64,000 nt of DNA, taken from IMG/VR virus record IMGVR_UViG_3300050821_003843, positions 1-64,000 of that record. One strand, given 5' to 3'. Both the position numbers and the translations under genes were made by a program. Source of the DNA: a virus. The stretch's first letter is position 1, and each line of letters begins with the position of its first letter. Positions 47,648 to 58,769 of this stretch are shown one piece after another. The notes under the pieces are model-generated. The model searched no databases, was not told the DNA's origin, and saw only the letters and a list, made by a program, of their open reading frames with translations.

Positions 47648-49107
47648 GTTTAAACTACCGCACTTTGATTGCCCCACATCTGAGTGCCTTTTGTATAGAA
47701 TAGCTTATCGTCACAGACTCCACAATCCTGTTGAAGAATACAAAAACCAACGAGACATTCTATCACGTCAAGAAGTGTACAGGACTAGACTCTCTGAAAG
47801 GCACGTTGGTAGAGTTGAACGGGCTGAGATTCAATACCACGGTGGTAGATTTCATAGTGGAGAATGGTGATGTCTAGGGTATTTTATTTTGGCTGTTCGT
47901 GGCCCCCACATGACTTCTTTACTCGAAAGAAACAAACGATGTCTGACAAAATAACAATTATGGTTGGTGGTAGGCCAGAAGAAGTTCCAATGACCGACAT
48001 TGAAAAGAACGAATGTCGTGACAGAACTGGTAAGTCTCTTATCTGTTGGGATACAGTCCGTTTTAGTGGCATGTCGTTTGACCATATTGACGTCATTCAG
48101 GATATTGCGTTTGATAACGGACGTGTGTTACTCCACAATCATAAAGGGTTAGTCGATCCTAAAAGACTACACCTACTCAGAAGGGGCGTAATGCCATGAA
48201 TGAAACGACACGTGAAGAAAAACTAGCTGGAATGACTGTATTGGAACAACGTGAATTCGAGTTCCAAGGTAGAAAAGTCACCGAACTGATTGTACAGAAT
48301 GGAGCGAATGACTATCGAGTTATGTGGGCGTTATCACCCTTCTTCGAAATGGTCATTGATGGTGTGCCGAATCCAATTGTGTCTTTTTCTTATCTCGCAG
48401 ATAAACATACTGGTTATGATTTTTACTCGTTCAAGTCTATTGCACGTCGTCGAGTACAAGAAATGTTCGAGGATACGTTGAAGAATCCACCAATGCATCT
48501 ACTACCAACGGAATGAACAAATGAAAGTTGACGAACTGAAAGACCAGACTAAGAGGGTTGAGCGTGGAAGTGCAATTCAACAGACATTACAGCAGATCGC
48601 ACAAGAGTATAAAGTAGTTTCTTCGGCGGTGTGGGTGTGTGTTGCTAGTAATGAAATTAGATACTCACCCTCAATAGATCCGCCAACTATAGGTTATGCG
48701 GTTGGTGGCATTCCATATGAAGCAACCAAGAAGATGAGAGATGAATTGAGGCAAATTCTACTCAATCACCTACAGTCAAGAATCGACGCATTAAAAGCAG
48801 AATTCGACGCACTATGAGAACAAATCCACCAGTATTCACAGATCGTTACTACGTTGACAAAATCCAATTTGAACATGATGAACCTATCTATATTGTTCGT
48901 GATTGTATCACAGAAGAAGCGTTCCATTGTTGGACAACTGTGATTGAAGATGATGCACAAGGCGAATCGGCTAAGTTCACTATTCCATTTTTCATGAAAA
49001 TTGACGACACAAATCAACATAGCATTAGAGGATGTGCGTTCTGTTGTGCAACACTAGGATCAGCGATCAGTCTACTCCACAAACTTCAAGATGAGGCGTC
49101 AGCCTAA
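47637..49107 (+). other. Small hypothetical ORFs between terL and portal
   Basis: ORFs near 47637, 47939, 48196, 48521 and 48814. Confidence 0.5.
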
Positions 49108-51608
49108 TGGAACAATCGAGTAACGGACATACAGACACGAATCAACAGCGTGCAGATGCGTTGAATAAATCTTTTCCATTCAGTGGTAGTCAACCAGTCA
49201 ACAATGAGGATTATTCTGCAACGTCAATGGCCGATCAGTTAGTCGCCAATCACATCATGTCACGATTCAACTGGATGGCACAAATGTTGTTACCTGGTCG
49301 TGACATCTATAAAGAATGTGGTTATCCTCCGTGTGGTGAGGCAATCCCCGCACAACTCTATCGTGACATGTACGACCGTGATGCCTTGAGCGCTCGTGTC
49401 GTGCAGGTATTACCAAAGGAATCATGGCAGGTACAGCCAGCGATCTATGAAGATGAAGACCCAGAAGTCGAAACAGCATTTGAAACAGCATGGCAGGAAC
49501 TGCATCGTACACTGAGGGGTAATAGTCTGTATCAAGATGAACAGTGTTCTCCTATTTGGGATTACTTGTTACGGGCTGATATTCTGTCTGGTATTGGTCA
49601 TTATGGCGTGTTGCTACTCGGTATCGACGACGGCCAGCCCCTTGACCACCCACTTGAGGCATTCAGGGGTTTCGACTCACAACAACCCGGTACAGAGGGT
49701 TTACACGGTCCTGAACCACTACGGGGCGATGCGCAAGGCTACGACACGTTCACCACGAAGCAACTTGATGAGCAGGGCGTGCCATCCTTTGCCACACCCG
49801 TTCCATTTAATGTGAAATCAGCAACTAAAGACAGTACAGAGGAATCTGTTGGCGGTAAGGGCACAAGTAAACTTATCTATCTAAAGGTATTCGATGAAAC
49901 GCTGGCACAAATCACTAGATATGAACGCGATCCACACAATCCAAGATTTGGCCTTCCCCAAATGTACCTACTCACGTTCAATGACCCGAGGAACGATCCT
50001 AGTGGTGGTGCTGGTCTGCCTGTTGCTTCTGCTCATTGTCACTGGTCACGTATCATTCACATTGCAGACAATACAGGCTCCAATGACGTCCTAGGCTACC
50101 CGAGAATGAAACAAGTGTTCAATCGCTTGTGGGACGCCTTTAAGACATATGGCGCATCAGGTGAGGGATTCTGGCAAATGGCTTTTGCCATGTTGTCATT
50201 GGAAACGAATCCCGCATTAGGCGCTGACTTCAAAATAGACCAGGATGCATTAAGGGAACAATTACAGAAGTTGAGAAGTGGATTTCAACGTCACTTGGTT
50301 ACCGCGGGGATGACAGCAAAAACACTGCCTCCCGCATTGAGTGACCCAACACCGTACATCAACATCTTCATTGAAGCAATTTGTATCTTTCTAGGCTGTC
50401 CTGTTCGTGTGTTTAAGGGGAGTGAGCGTGGTGAACTTGCTTCTACTCAGGATGACTCAAGTTGGAATGATAGGCTACGTCATCGACAGATATTCTATCT
50501 AACGCCGAAGATTTTAGTACCATTTATTGATCGTTTGATTACTGCTGGAGTGTTGCCTAAACCAAAAGGCTACTCGGTGGTGTGGCCAGACTTGGAAGCA
50601 TTGTCGGATAAGGATCGTGCGACCATTGCACTACAGAGCACACAAGCCCTAGCAGCCTACATTGCTGGTCAGTGTGAAAACGCCATGACACTGTTGGACT
50701 TCTATGTCAACATCATGAAAATTCCACATGAACTAGCCGTACAGATTGTTGACTCAGCCCAAGCGGCACAAGATGCAGAAGAACAGCAGACGATTGAAGC
50801 AGAACCCACAATCGAGGAACAACAGGCACAGACAGACGCGAGTGTACCAACACATGAAAAAGAAGCAGCATTGACTGATGCTGGTGACACGCAAAATACA
50901 GAATTAGCGTTTAACAACTGGGCTAAGTGGAATGCAGAACATCGTGGCAATGGCATTTCTGGTACGGCCATTCAACTCGGCGAGGTTGCCAAAGTTAAAA
51001 ACACCAAAAAATCTCATATGGAGGCTGCTGAAGCGCACGATAAAGCCTCAAGTCAATTTCATAAGAGTGGCGATGAGAAACTTGCTAGGATGCATCATTT
51101 AGAAAAATGGAGACATATAGATCACGTCAACAAAATGGACTCCATGCCAAAGAAAGATAAAATTAAAGGTGGCGTAGTCCATGTGACGGCTGAAAGGGCA
51201 ATATCTCACACATTACATGTAGGAAATGTAGAAGTTCCTAATGGTGAACTCAGTAAGATGGTTAAGTTACCATTAGAAGAGCATAAATTTGGCGGGGCGT
51301 CTATTGGTGAGCATGGTAATGGACACAATCATTTAAACTCGATGAAGACTCGTGCTACTTCTAAAGGTGTTCGAGACGCATTGATTGAACAGGGATGGCA
51401 ACACACACATACGCACAACCTACCTAGTGCCGCTGGTGGTAAGAACCATCAAGAGGGGTTTGTTAAAGGTGGTCATGTTCTAACAACTGTAGATGTCGGT
51501 TACGGAGACACAACCTTAAGAGTCAGTAAAAAACCAGCAGGGGTCCAAAATTATGACACAACACACGAGAAGGTATTAGCAGAACAAGATGGTGACACTC
51601 AAGAATAG
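49107..51608 (+). CDS. Portal protein (DUF1073-like) with C-terminal extension
   Basis: Position after terL; MYDRDALSARVV, ADILSGIGHYGVLLLG, HWSRIIH, PVRVFKGSERGELAS. Confidence 0.85.
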   Translation: MEQSSNGHTDTNQQRADALNKSFPFSGSQPVNNEDYSATSMADQLVANHIMSRFNWMAQMLLPGRDIYKECGYPPCGEAIPAQLYRDMYDRDALSARVVQVLPKESWQVQPAIYEDEDPEVETAFETAWQELHRTLRGNSLYQDEQCSPIWDYLLRADILSGIGHYGVLLLGIDDGQPLDHPLEAFRGFDSQQPGTEGLHGPEPLRGDAQGYDTFTTKQLDEQGVPSFATPVPFNVKSATKDSTEESVGGKGTSKLIYLKVFDETLAQITRYERDPHNPRFGLPQMYLLTFNDPRNDPSGGAGLPVASAHCHWSRIIHIADNTGSNDVLGYPRMKQVFNRLWDAFKTYGASGEGFWQMAFAMLSLETNPALGADFKIDQDALREQLQKLRSGFQRHLVTAGMTAKTLPPALSDPTPYINIFIEAICIFLGCPVRVFKGSERGELASTQDDSSWNDRLRHRQIFYLTPKILVPFIDRLITAGVLPKPKGYSVVWPDLEALSDKDRATIALQSTQALAAYIAGQCENAMTLLDFYVNIMKIPHELAVQIVDSAQAAQDAEEQQTIEAEPTIEEQQAQTDASVPTHEKEAALTDAGDTQNTELAFNNWAKWNAEHRGNGISGTAIQLGEVAKVKNTKKSHMEAAEAHDKASSQFHKSGDEKLARMHHLEKWRHIDHVNKMDSMPKKDKIKGGVVHVTAERAISHTLHVGNVEVPNGELSKMVKLPLEEHKFGGASIGEHGNGHNHLNSMKTRATSKGVRDALIEQGWQHTHTHNLPSAAGGKNHQEGFVKGGHVLTTVDVGYGDTTLRVSKKPAGVQNYDTTHEKVLAEQDGDTQE

Positions 51609-51616
51609 GATAGCTG

Positions 51617-51775
51617 ATGTCTGAATCTGATAAGGCAAACTTAGACCAACAGTTAGCACAATTGAGGGATGGATTACCTCGATTCTGGTTTGCAATCTAT
51701 CAGGGTTGTTTGGATGCTGGTTTCAGTGAAGCACAAGCAATGCTCATTGTGTTGGAGTTTGTTAGAAAGAATTGA
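51617..51775 (+). CDS. Small hypothetical protein
   Basis: AGGA SD; 52 aa with AGFSEAQAM; below the ORF-track cutoff. Confidence 0.5.
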   Translation: MSESDKANLDQQLAQLRDGLPRFWFAIYQGCLDAGFSEAQAMLIVLEFVRKN

Positions 51776-51778
51776 CTG

Positions 51779-53998
51779 ATGTCTCTACTGGTTGCCAAAA
51801 AACCTAAACGTACTACCTCGAATCCTCTCAAGTACGACCCAAGTGGTACAGGTCAGATCCGTCGTCAATTCATGCGACAGATAGAAGCCAAGTTCAAGGA
51901 ACTGAATCGTCGTGTCTACCAACGGTTAGTCAATGAACATCAGTATGGATTAACACAGAACTATGATCCAGCACAACCACGAGTACCAGCGGGTTCGCCA
52001 GAAGGTGGGGTTGTTTGGAGTGTCGTCATTAACAATGTGAAATCAGAGTTCTATGGTTGGAACTATGAGATCGTAGCAAATTCTCCATACGATTTCCCAC
52101 AGTCAGAAAACTACCTGTCTCAGTTCAAACAATGGTTACTGAAGCAGATGAGTGAGTTGTTCTATAATGAGGATGAGAATTCATGGTGGAGGGAATATAT
52201 TGCAAAGGGTTGGCAACTTGGCGCAGCGAAGGTGTATAACGCTTGGAAATCACCAAGTGAGTTTCTCAAGTCATCGTTTAACGTACCTGTCTCGGTCAAC
52301 AAGGTAAAACTCCTCGCAGCACGAGTATTCACAGAACTGGAAAACGTCACACAAGACATGGCAACTAAGATGAGTCGTGAACTTGTGGATGGATTGATTC
52401 AGGGCATGTCACCACGCGAAGTGGCTCGAAACATGTCGAAGTCGATCGAGGGGATCAGTAAAGCACGAGCGTTAGCGATTGCTCGCACGGAAGTTGTTAG
52501 ATCGCACGCTAATGGACAATTGGATACGTTAGAGCAACTGGGGATGCAGCATGTGGGCGTTGCAGTGGAGTGGTCAACATCCGGGTTAGGGATGACTAGA
52601 AAGAAGAACCCAAGTCCTTGCCCAATTTGCGCACCGATGCAAGGTGTGGTGTTCACGCTCGAAGAAGCTAGAGGTATGATCCCTAGACATCCAAATTGTC
52701 TTTGTTCCCTGATTCCGGCCAATGTAGGGGAGGACGGTAAGGGTCAAATTCGCTCGTTTAAAGGCGTGTCAGCGGCTTTAGGCAAAAGTGTCAGGGCTGA
52801 AATACCCAAGCGGTCAAAACGCACTGTAGCGACTCAGGCGAAGTTATCACGATGGGCAGGTGCAACGGCAAAGGTCAGTAAATCACGACCTGAATCAATT
52901 TTGAATATGGAACTGATTGATAACCTGAATCCATACCACGATGCACAAGGGAGATTCTGTTCTAAAGAGAATGCTGTCAACTGGCATGAGATTAAATATC
53001 AACGTACAGAACCTATCTACACTCGCCCACAAAGTAAGCACGTAGACGAAGTGACTCACAAAGCGTTGATAGATGCGGAACTTGCCCAACAGGGCGGTGG
53101 TATTGCTGACAAAGCAAATATGTTTCGAAGTGAGATGTCAAAGCACAATAAAGAACTCGAAGTGATTCGACAAAAACTTGTTAAGGACGTTGCTAGGCAT
53201 GAACGTGAAATTGCAAAGCATGGTGCTGAATTCAAACGAATCCTTGATGAACATTCCAAAGCATCTAACGTTGATGAGAAAAAAGCAAATAAGTTGAATC
53301 GTCAAGGTATCGCATCTCACAACCGACTATCAAAAGCACGTGAGAAACTGGAGTATGCTAAGGTAGAGGCACGTAACGCACTACTCGACCACATCGGTAC
53401 AAAAGATCCTGCCCCAGTCAAATTATGGGGATTGGCAGCGATGCCCGAATCGAGTGCCAAACGTGCATTAGAGGCTGCTGAGTGGTATGGGCAAATTTTA
53501 TCGAAGAAGGTAGTGAGTCGACCAGACAAGGGCTATCACAGTATCGACGCTTATCCAATTGAGGATGGTCGTTCCTTTGCACAAAACAAGTCTCAGAGTA
53601 AAGTTGATTTTGGTGTTGATCATGAAATCCATATGGCACACCATGCAGCAGTGGATATTCACATCCATGAGATTGGACATACAATCGAATTTGCTAATCC
53701 TAAAATCAATGACATGACATTAGGCTTTATTCACCATCGTGTTCAAGGCGAATTACCACAACCGTATCCATACGGTGATAAAGACGAAGTAGGATTTAAA
53801 GATGAGTTTGGTAAATCATTTTCAGGGCATGCTAACGCAATCTATGTTGGAAAACACTACGCATCAGGCGCAACTGAGATTCTAGCTATGGGGTTTCAGA
53901 AGTTGTACAACAATCCGGGTGAATTCGCCCATAAAGATCCAGAGTATTTCAAATTCCTAATTGGTGTATTAAGGGGGGATTTCAGTGAAAGGAAATAA
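51779..53998 (+). CDS. MuF/SPP1 gp7-like head morphogenesis protein with C-terminal HExxH domain
   Basis: RALAIARTEVVR, CPIC, IPRHPNCLC; HEIGH at 53666. Confidence 0.88.
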   Translation: MSLLVAKKPKRTTSNPLKYDPSGTGQIRRQFMRQIEAKFKELNRRVYQRLVNEHQYGLTQNYDPAQPRVPAGSPEGGVVWSVVINNVKSEFYGWNYEIVANSPYDFPQSENYLSQFKQWLLKQMSELFYNEDENSWWREYIAKGWQLGAAKVYNAWKSPSEFLKSSFNVPVSVNKVKLLAARVFTELENVTQDMATKMSRELVDGLIQGMSPREVARNMSKSIEGISKARALAIARTEVVRSHANGQLDTLEQLGMQHVGVAVEWSTSGLGMTRKKNPSPCPICAPMQGVVFTLEEARGMIPRHPNCLCSLIPANVGEDGKGQIRSFKGVSAALGKSVRAEIPKRSKRTVATQAKLSRWAGATAKVSKSRPESILNMELIDNLNPYHDAQGRFCSKENAVNWHEIKYQRTEPIYTRPQSKHVDEVTHKALIDAELAQQGGGIADKANMFRSEMSKHNKELEVIRQKLVKDVARHEREIAKHGAEFKRILDEHSKASNVDEKKANKLNRQGIASHNRLSKAREKLEYAKVEARNALLDHIGTKDPAPVKLWGLAAMPESSAKRALEAAEWYGQILSKKVVSRPDKGYHSIDAYPIEDGRSFAQNKSQSKVDFGVDHEIHMAHHAAVDIHIHEIGHTIEFANPKINDMTLGFIHHRVQGELPQPYPYGDKDEVGFKDEFGKSFSGHANAIYVGKHYASGATEILAMGFQKLYNNPGEFAHKDPEYFKFLIGVLRGDFSERK

Positions 53999-54242
53999 AG
54001 AACTCGGGGTGGTGAAAAAGGGTAGTAGTAAAATCGTATGGACTACGGATGGCTGGTATAGTGAGGAAGATAGGCAAGCCGCTGCTTTCTTAAACGCTGC
54101 TGGTATAGGAACAGAAGGTGTGAGTTCTATCTCACCAACGGCCTATTCTGATATTCTCATACAAGCAATGAACTTGATTCACGGTGATGGATTCAAGTGT
54201 TTTGTGAAATCCAGTTCTCAACCAGTTGGCACAGTGTACTAA
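53985..54242 (+). CDS. Small protein overlapping the MuF stop (candidate immunity protein)
   Basis: GGGGG SD; 14-nt overlap. Confidence 0.4.
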   Translation: MKGNKELGVVKKGSSKIVWTTDGWYSEEDRQAAAFLNAAGIGTEGVSSISPTAYSDILIQAMNLIHGDGFKCFVKSSSQPVGTVY

Positions 54243-54951
54243 CATGAAAGAAAGTTGACACATGTTTCGCTTCATTAGAAAACTATGGGATTTGTTTTGG
54301 CTGTGGTTTGATAGAACTATACTGACTGATGATAAAGACCATGCTCGGATTGCTGAAGGAATGGTTGGGTATCAAGGCACAACGAGATCAGAAGTAGAAA
54401 AACAAACGCGCCTGTCATTTTCACCAGAAGAACTAGCAACGGTTGAAACACAATCCTCGCAGCAGGATTTGATTGACGTTGAGGAAATGAAGCCAGTAAG
54501 GAACATGGGCTTCGGTGAACGTGTGATTTGCACAGCCCCCAACGGTGAAAGATACTGGGTCTACCCGAAACAGCCAGATGAAGAACAACGCTATTCACAC
54601 AAGACCTATGAAGAGTTTATTCTTCAAGAATACCGACGATTAGGCTTAGAAAAACGAGTTTGAAACGACACAAGTGGAGTATAGATATGTCAGTGACACA
54701 CATTGCCGGTCCAACAGTCACAGTAGGTCAAAGGAAGATACAGAGATGTTTAGTTTGTGGTGAAAAATTAGCAGACAACATCGACATTCTAAAAGGAATA
54801 GTCGCGTCACCAGATGTACCGCCAGAATACCTACAATGGCCTCCGGGTGACTTAGTCCAACAGGACGGTAATCGAACTTCTGTGATTCAACACGTTGATG
54901 GAACCGATTTGCCAGAAGATTGTTGTATTAACATGGTGGAGGAATAATCCA

Positions 54952-55212
54952 ATGGCAAGAGATGAGAATGGATTCACACCGACACAAGCAAGGATCGTGA
55001 ATGTACTCATAGATGGTACATGGCATCCTAAACGTGAGTTACTCTATGCAGTCGATGAACTGGCAGATGATGACAATCTACTACAGTACCATCTAAAGAA
55101 CATCAAACGTATCTTGAAGCCTCGAAACGAACACATTACGTTCCAAATTCATCCCACAATGGGCACGCTCTATATGCTGACTCGTGCCTTGTCTCCATCG
55201 AATATTGGTTAG
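54952..55212 (+). CDS. Winged-helix-like protein
   Basis: GGAGG SD; FTPTQARIVNVLIDG..ELL..LQYHLKNIKRIL. Confidence 0.5.
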   Translation: MARDENGFTPTQARIVNVLIDGTWHPKRELLYAVDELADDDNLLQYHLKNIKRILKPRNEHITFQIHPTMGTLYMLTRALSPSNIG

Positions 55213-55308
55213 CGGTTCGCCGTAGTTTTTACAGACAGCTATTTCAACCGCCCGAAGTTACCTGTATCACTGGACCCCTAGTAGCTATTTTGCTCTGGGG
55301 GTTTTTTC

Positions 55309-58173
55309 GTGCAGATACACAATTCAAATCCTGAAGGTCACAATCAGTATTCCAATGTGTCTAAAGTTGCCGCTAAAGACCATATCCATGATACTGGCAA
55401 AAATGGGGTGGTTAGTTATCTAGTAAACAAGCCAGATAGTTATTACCACAGAAAAACCGGCACGTTAGAGGCAGTTAGAGGGGGTCGACTGCGTTTATTG
55501 ATGCAGACTGAAGATAAGCACGGCAACAAAACTCAAACATCTTGGCACTTCTATCCACATGAATTGACACTTCACAAAGTCACTCCAATTACAAATCGAG
55601 AATTACCACAATTAGAATATCTTGTACAGAACCTGTCTAATGCCAAGTATAGACATGAGACGCTAAACGGTCGTAAACACATCGTTGTCCCCATGACGAT
55701 GATTGTTCCCGGAGTTCTCAACGGTTCTAAGGGTTCTTTATTTTACCCCGAAGAGGAAGTTGGTAAAGATCCAACACCTTGGAACGGGATGCCGATTACC
55801 GTCTATCACCCGATTCGTAACGGGAAGAACGTCAGCGCTAAGACTGACGGTATTCTCGATGAACAAGGGATAGGTGAAGTTCGCAAAGCCAAGACCGATG
55901 GTAAACTCCGTGCAGAAGCGTGGATTGACATCGACAAAGCGAATAAGGTTGACCCACGTGTGATTCAAAATATCCAACGTGGTTTACCAACCGAAATCTC
56001 GACTGGGCTCTATACCAAAAACTCGCCAGCGCCCAAGGGGTCACACCACAACGGCAAACCCTACGAATGGATTGCTCGTGAGTATAGACCTGACCACTTG
56101 GCGATTCTACCTGACCAAAAAGGAGCATGTAGTGTGAATGACGGTTGTGGATTGGGCGTGAATGCTGAAGTAGATGAAGAGCCAATTGACAACGATTGGG
56201 CTAAATCATTGTTCCCAACAGGGGAGAAGGAGTTTGTCTTGAAGCGGTTAGAAACTAATTCCAACCCAGAGGGGCATAATCAGTGGACGCATGGTGGTGT
56301 AACTGTCCATTTTTCTGGTGACACCTTCAAAGCTAAAGCATCTTTGAAAGACAAGGGCTTTAAATACGATGGTGACAATAAGAGATGGAGTAAAGATTTC
56401 GTAAAGGGACAGCATCCATTACATGTAAATTCACTCCATGATGCCAAAGGCAACTTTCAAGACACGCCAGAAGGTATGCATAAGACAATCAAGTATCTTG
56501 CCAAGTCAGATAAAGTTCACATGGAATTGGAGCATCATCCAGTGTCAAATCAAGAACTAGAAATTAACTCATTCTCAGATTACAAGTGTTCTGGCGCTGA
56601 ATGCAAGATGAAGTCTGAAACGGCTAACGCTCACTCAGAACTCGCAGATAAGACCGAACGTGAGAGTGACCATGCGAAAGCTGCGAGGATGCATCAAGAT
56701 GCCAGTGCAGCATACATGAGTCACGAATCAGGTGCGAAGGTTGATAAAGCAGCAGAGCACAGTACAAAAGCCGCAGAACATGCTGAAAAGGCTGGTACTA
56801 GCTTTGTGTCGTACAACGAAGAACACGAAGAAGTTGAGAATGGTGGTCCAGGTAGTGGCCCACATCCACATATTGCTCTAGCTGTAGCTCATGCAAGAAC
56901 TGCTTTGAACTACACTAGCGGACATCATACTGATAGTGACGTCTATGGTGCTCGTCTAAAAAATGCTAAATCAGGAGTCAGCCTTTCTGAAGTCGCTCAA
57001 ACAGCCTCTCATTCAGCCCTAAAAGATAAAACTAGCTTGGGACACGACAAAGCAGCTTATGCGCATAATGAGGCAATGCAGACACATTCAAAAGCAATGG
57101 TTTTGCATGCCGATTCTGGTGCAGGCCACAAAGAAGCCTATCTTGCTCATGAAAAAGCCAGAGATTCACATTCGATTATGAAAAAATTCCATAGAGGTGC
57201 TTCTGCTTCACTGTCACACAATTCACAGGAACCAGATATGGATTTTGCAAATAACGGTGGACCCGGATCAGGACCACATCCCGGACAGATACACTCAATC
57301 AGTCATTTAGCTAATGAGAAATCTACGGCGGCTGATAATGCAACAAACAAGTTCAGAGCTAATTCTTCTATTGCAAATAAGCAAACAGCAATAGAGCACC
57401 ACCAGACCGCGTTGTCTCTTCATAAGATGTCAAAAGAAGGACATAAGGAACTTGGTAATAAAGGATTGAGGGAACATCATTCTGCACAGGTTCTTCATCA
57501 CACAAAACAACTCGCATACTTGTCAAAAGCTCCAACAAACAATTCCGACGATCCTGAAGGTTCGTCATTTAACTCCAATGAAGAAGGAGAAACTATGGCG
57601 AAACTGACGGCCAATCAACGAAGTCAGATTATCAACAAACTCACGTCAGACAAGGGGTGTGGTTGCTATACGGCAAACGATGCTGATTATCTGCAATCAC
57701 AATCTGATGAACGACTGAACGAACTTGCTATCAATGCTGAAGAGCATTTGACACACAATGAAGAAAGGGAAGAGCCAGTGGCTAAGGTAATGACAGCACA
57801 AGAATACATGGACGCAGCCCCACCAGAAATCCAGCAGATCATTGCAAATGCGGCTGAGATCATGCGTACCGAAAAGGCTGGCATCATTGCCAAGCTGGTG
57901 GCAAACATCAGTGACGCAGCGAAGAAAGCATCAATGACCACGATGCTAGAATCGAAGACGTTACCAGAAGTTAAAACCTATGCCGAACTGGCTGAATTGG
58001 CTGCGCCTAAGCCTGTCGAAAATACGCGACGTACTGTCTATGGTCCATTGGGTAATACTCCAATCGTGACGGATAATGCTGGTAAGGATACCGATGCCGA
58101 AGAAATGACTCCATCACGATTCGATTGGAATGAAGTGGCACGGATTCCCGGCTTGGCAACCTCCAAGAACTGA
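55309..58173 (+). CDS. DUF2213-type prohead protease/scaffold polyprotein with inserted modules
   Basis: GVLNG, WNGMPITVYHP, EISTGL, PDHLAILPDQKGACS..GCG; lies before decoration and capsid genes. Confidence 0.8.
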   Translation: MQIHNSNPEGHNQYSNVSKVAAKDHIHDTGKNGVVSYLVNKPDSYYHRKTGTLEAVRGGRLRLLMQTEDKHGNKTQTSWHFYPHELTLHKVTPITNRELPQLEYLVQNLSNAKYRHETLNGRKHIVVPMTMIVPGVLNGSKGSLFYPEEEVGKDPTPWNGMPITVYHPIRNGKNVSAKTDGILDEQGIGEVRKAKTDGKLRAEAWIDIDKANKVDPRVIQNIQRGLPTEISTGLYTKNSPAPKGSHHNGKPYEWIAREYRPDHLAILPDQKGACSVNDGCGLGVNAEVDEEPIDNDWAKSLFPTGEKEFVLKRLETNSNPEGHNQWTHGGVTVHFSGDTFKAKASLKDKGFKYDGDNKRWSKDFVKGQHPLHVNSLHDAKGNFQDTPEGMHKTIKYLAKSDKVHMELEHHPVSNQELEINSFSDYKCSGAECKMKSETANAHSELADKTERESDHAKAARMHQDASAAYMSHESGAKVDKAAEHSTKAAEHAEKAGTSFVSYNEEHEEVENGGPGSGPHPHIALAVAHARTALNYTSGHHTDSDVYGARLKNAKSGVSLSEVAQTASHSALKDKTSLGHDKAAYAHNEAMQTHSKAMVLHADSGAGHKEAYLAHEKARDSHSIMKKFHRGASASLSHNSQEPDMDFANNGGPGSGPHPGQIHSISHLANEKSTAADNATNKFRANSSIANKQTAIEHHQTALSLHKMSKEGHKELGNKGLREHHSAQVLHHTKQLAYLSKAPTNNSDDPEGSSFNSNEEGETMAKLTANQRSQIINKLTSDKGCGCYTANDADYLQSQSDERLNELAINAEEHLTHNEEREEPVAKVMTAQEYMDAAPPEIQQIIANAAEIMRTEKAGIIAKLVANISDAAKKASMTTMLESKTLPEVKTYAELAELAAPKPVENTRRTVYGPLGNTPIVTDNAGKDTDAEEMTPSRFDWNEVARIPGLATSKN
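57595..58173 (+). CDS. Probable nested scaffolding protein (internal in-frame start)
   Basis: AAGGAG SD before in-frame ATG; helical C-terminus, as in lambda C/Nu3. Confidence 0.55.
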   Translation: MAKLTANQRSQIINKLTSDKGCGCYTANDADYLQSQSDERLNELAINAEEHLTHNEEREEPVAKVMTAQEYMDAAPPEIQQIIANAAEIMRTEKAGIIAKLVANISDAAKKASMTTMLESKTLPEVKTYAELAELAAPKPVENTRRTVYGPLGNTPIVTDNAGKDTDAEEMTPSRFDWNEVARIPGLATSKN

Positions 58174-58222
58174 TTTCACCCTTTGTGGTTTTCTGTTTAT
58201 TCAACTTTAGTAGGAGATAACG

Positions 58223-58717
58223 ATGAAGGGTGCTGAAATCCTTATCAATGGGAATCAACCTAATGGGCGATTTCTTGAAGGTACTGTGAGTGGTACGCCT
58301 GCGCCGGGTACGTGTATGGAGGTTCTGCCAGCCACGGAACCCGTCAATGGTCGATTTACTTATCGCGCGTGTACGTCTGGTAGTAACGGTGATTCACGAC
58401 CGACAACGGTGCTACTCGAAGACGCACTACAAGGCGTGACCCCGGATATCAATGGTGCAAATACCTACGTTAATGGAGCACGGTGCTTCCTCTATGTCCC
58501 TGTACCGGGGGATGAACTGAACATGCTGGTGGAAAACATTAGTGGTACTGGAGACAGTCACGCGATTGGTGACTTACTCATGATTGACCGTGCTACAGCC
58601 GGTAATCATGGAAAGTTGCTGGTCCAAGACTCGGCCGGTCATAGTGCCCCATTTACATGTATGGAAACGAGTACGGGACTGACTGTTGATACTTTGCTGG
58701 CTTGTCGATTCGGCTGA
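58223..58717 (+). CDS. Head decoration/cement protein
   Basis: Between scaffold and capsid genes; EDALQG, PGDELNML. Confidence 0.65.
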   Translation: MKGAEILINGNQPNGRFLEGTVSGTPAPGTCMEVLPATEPVNGRFTYRACTSGSNGDSRPTTVLLEDALQGVTPDINGANTYVNGARCFLYVPVPGDELNMLVENISGTGDSHAIGDLLMIDRATAGNHGKLLVQDSAGHSAPFTCMETSTGLTVDTLLACRFG

Positions 58718-58769
58718 TTCCTTTGCGGGTTGACCGCAGTAAATTTCTCAATCCCTTAGGAGGTGTATT

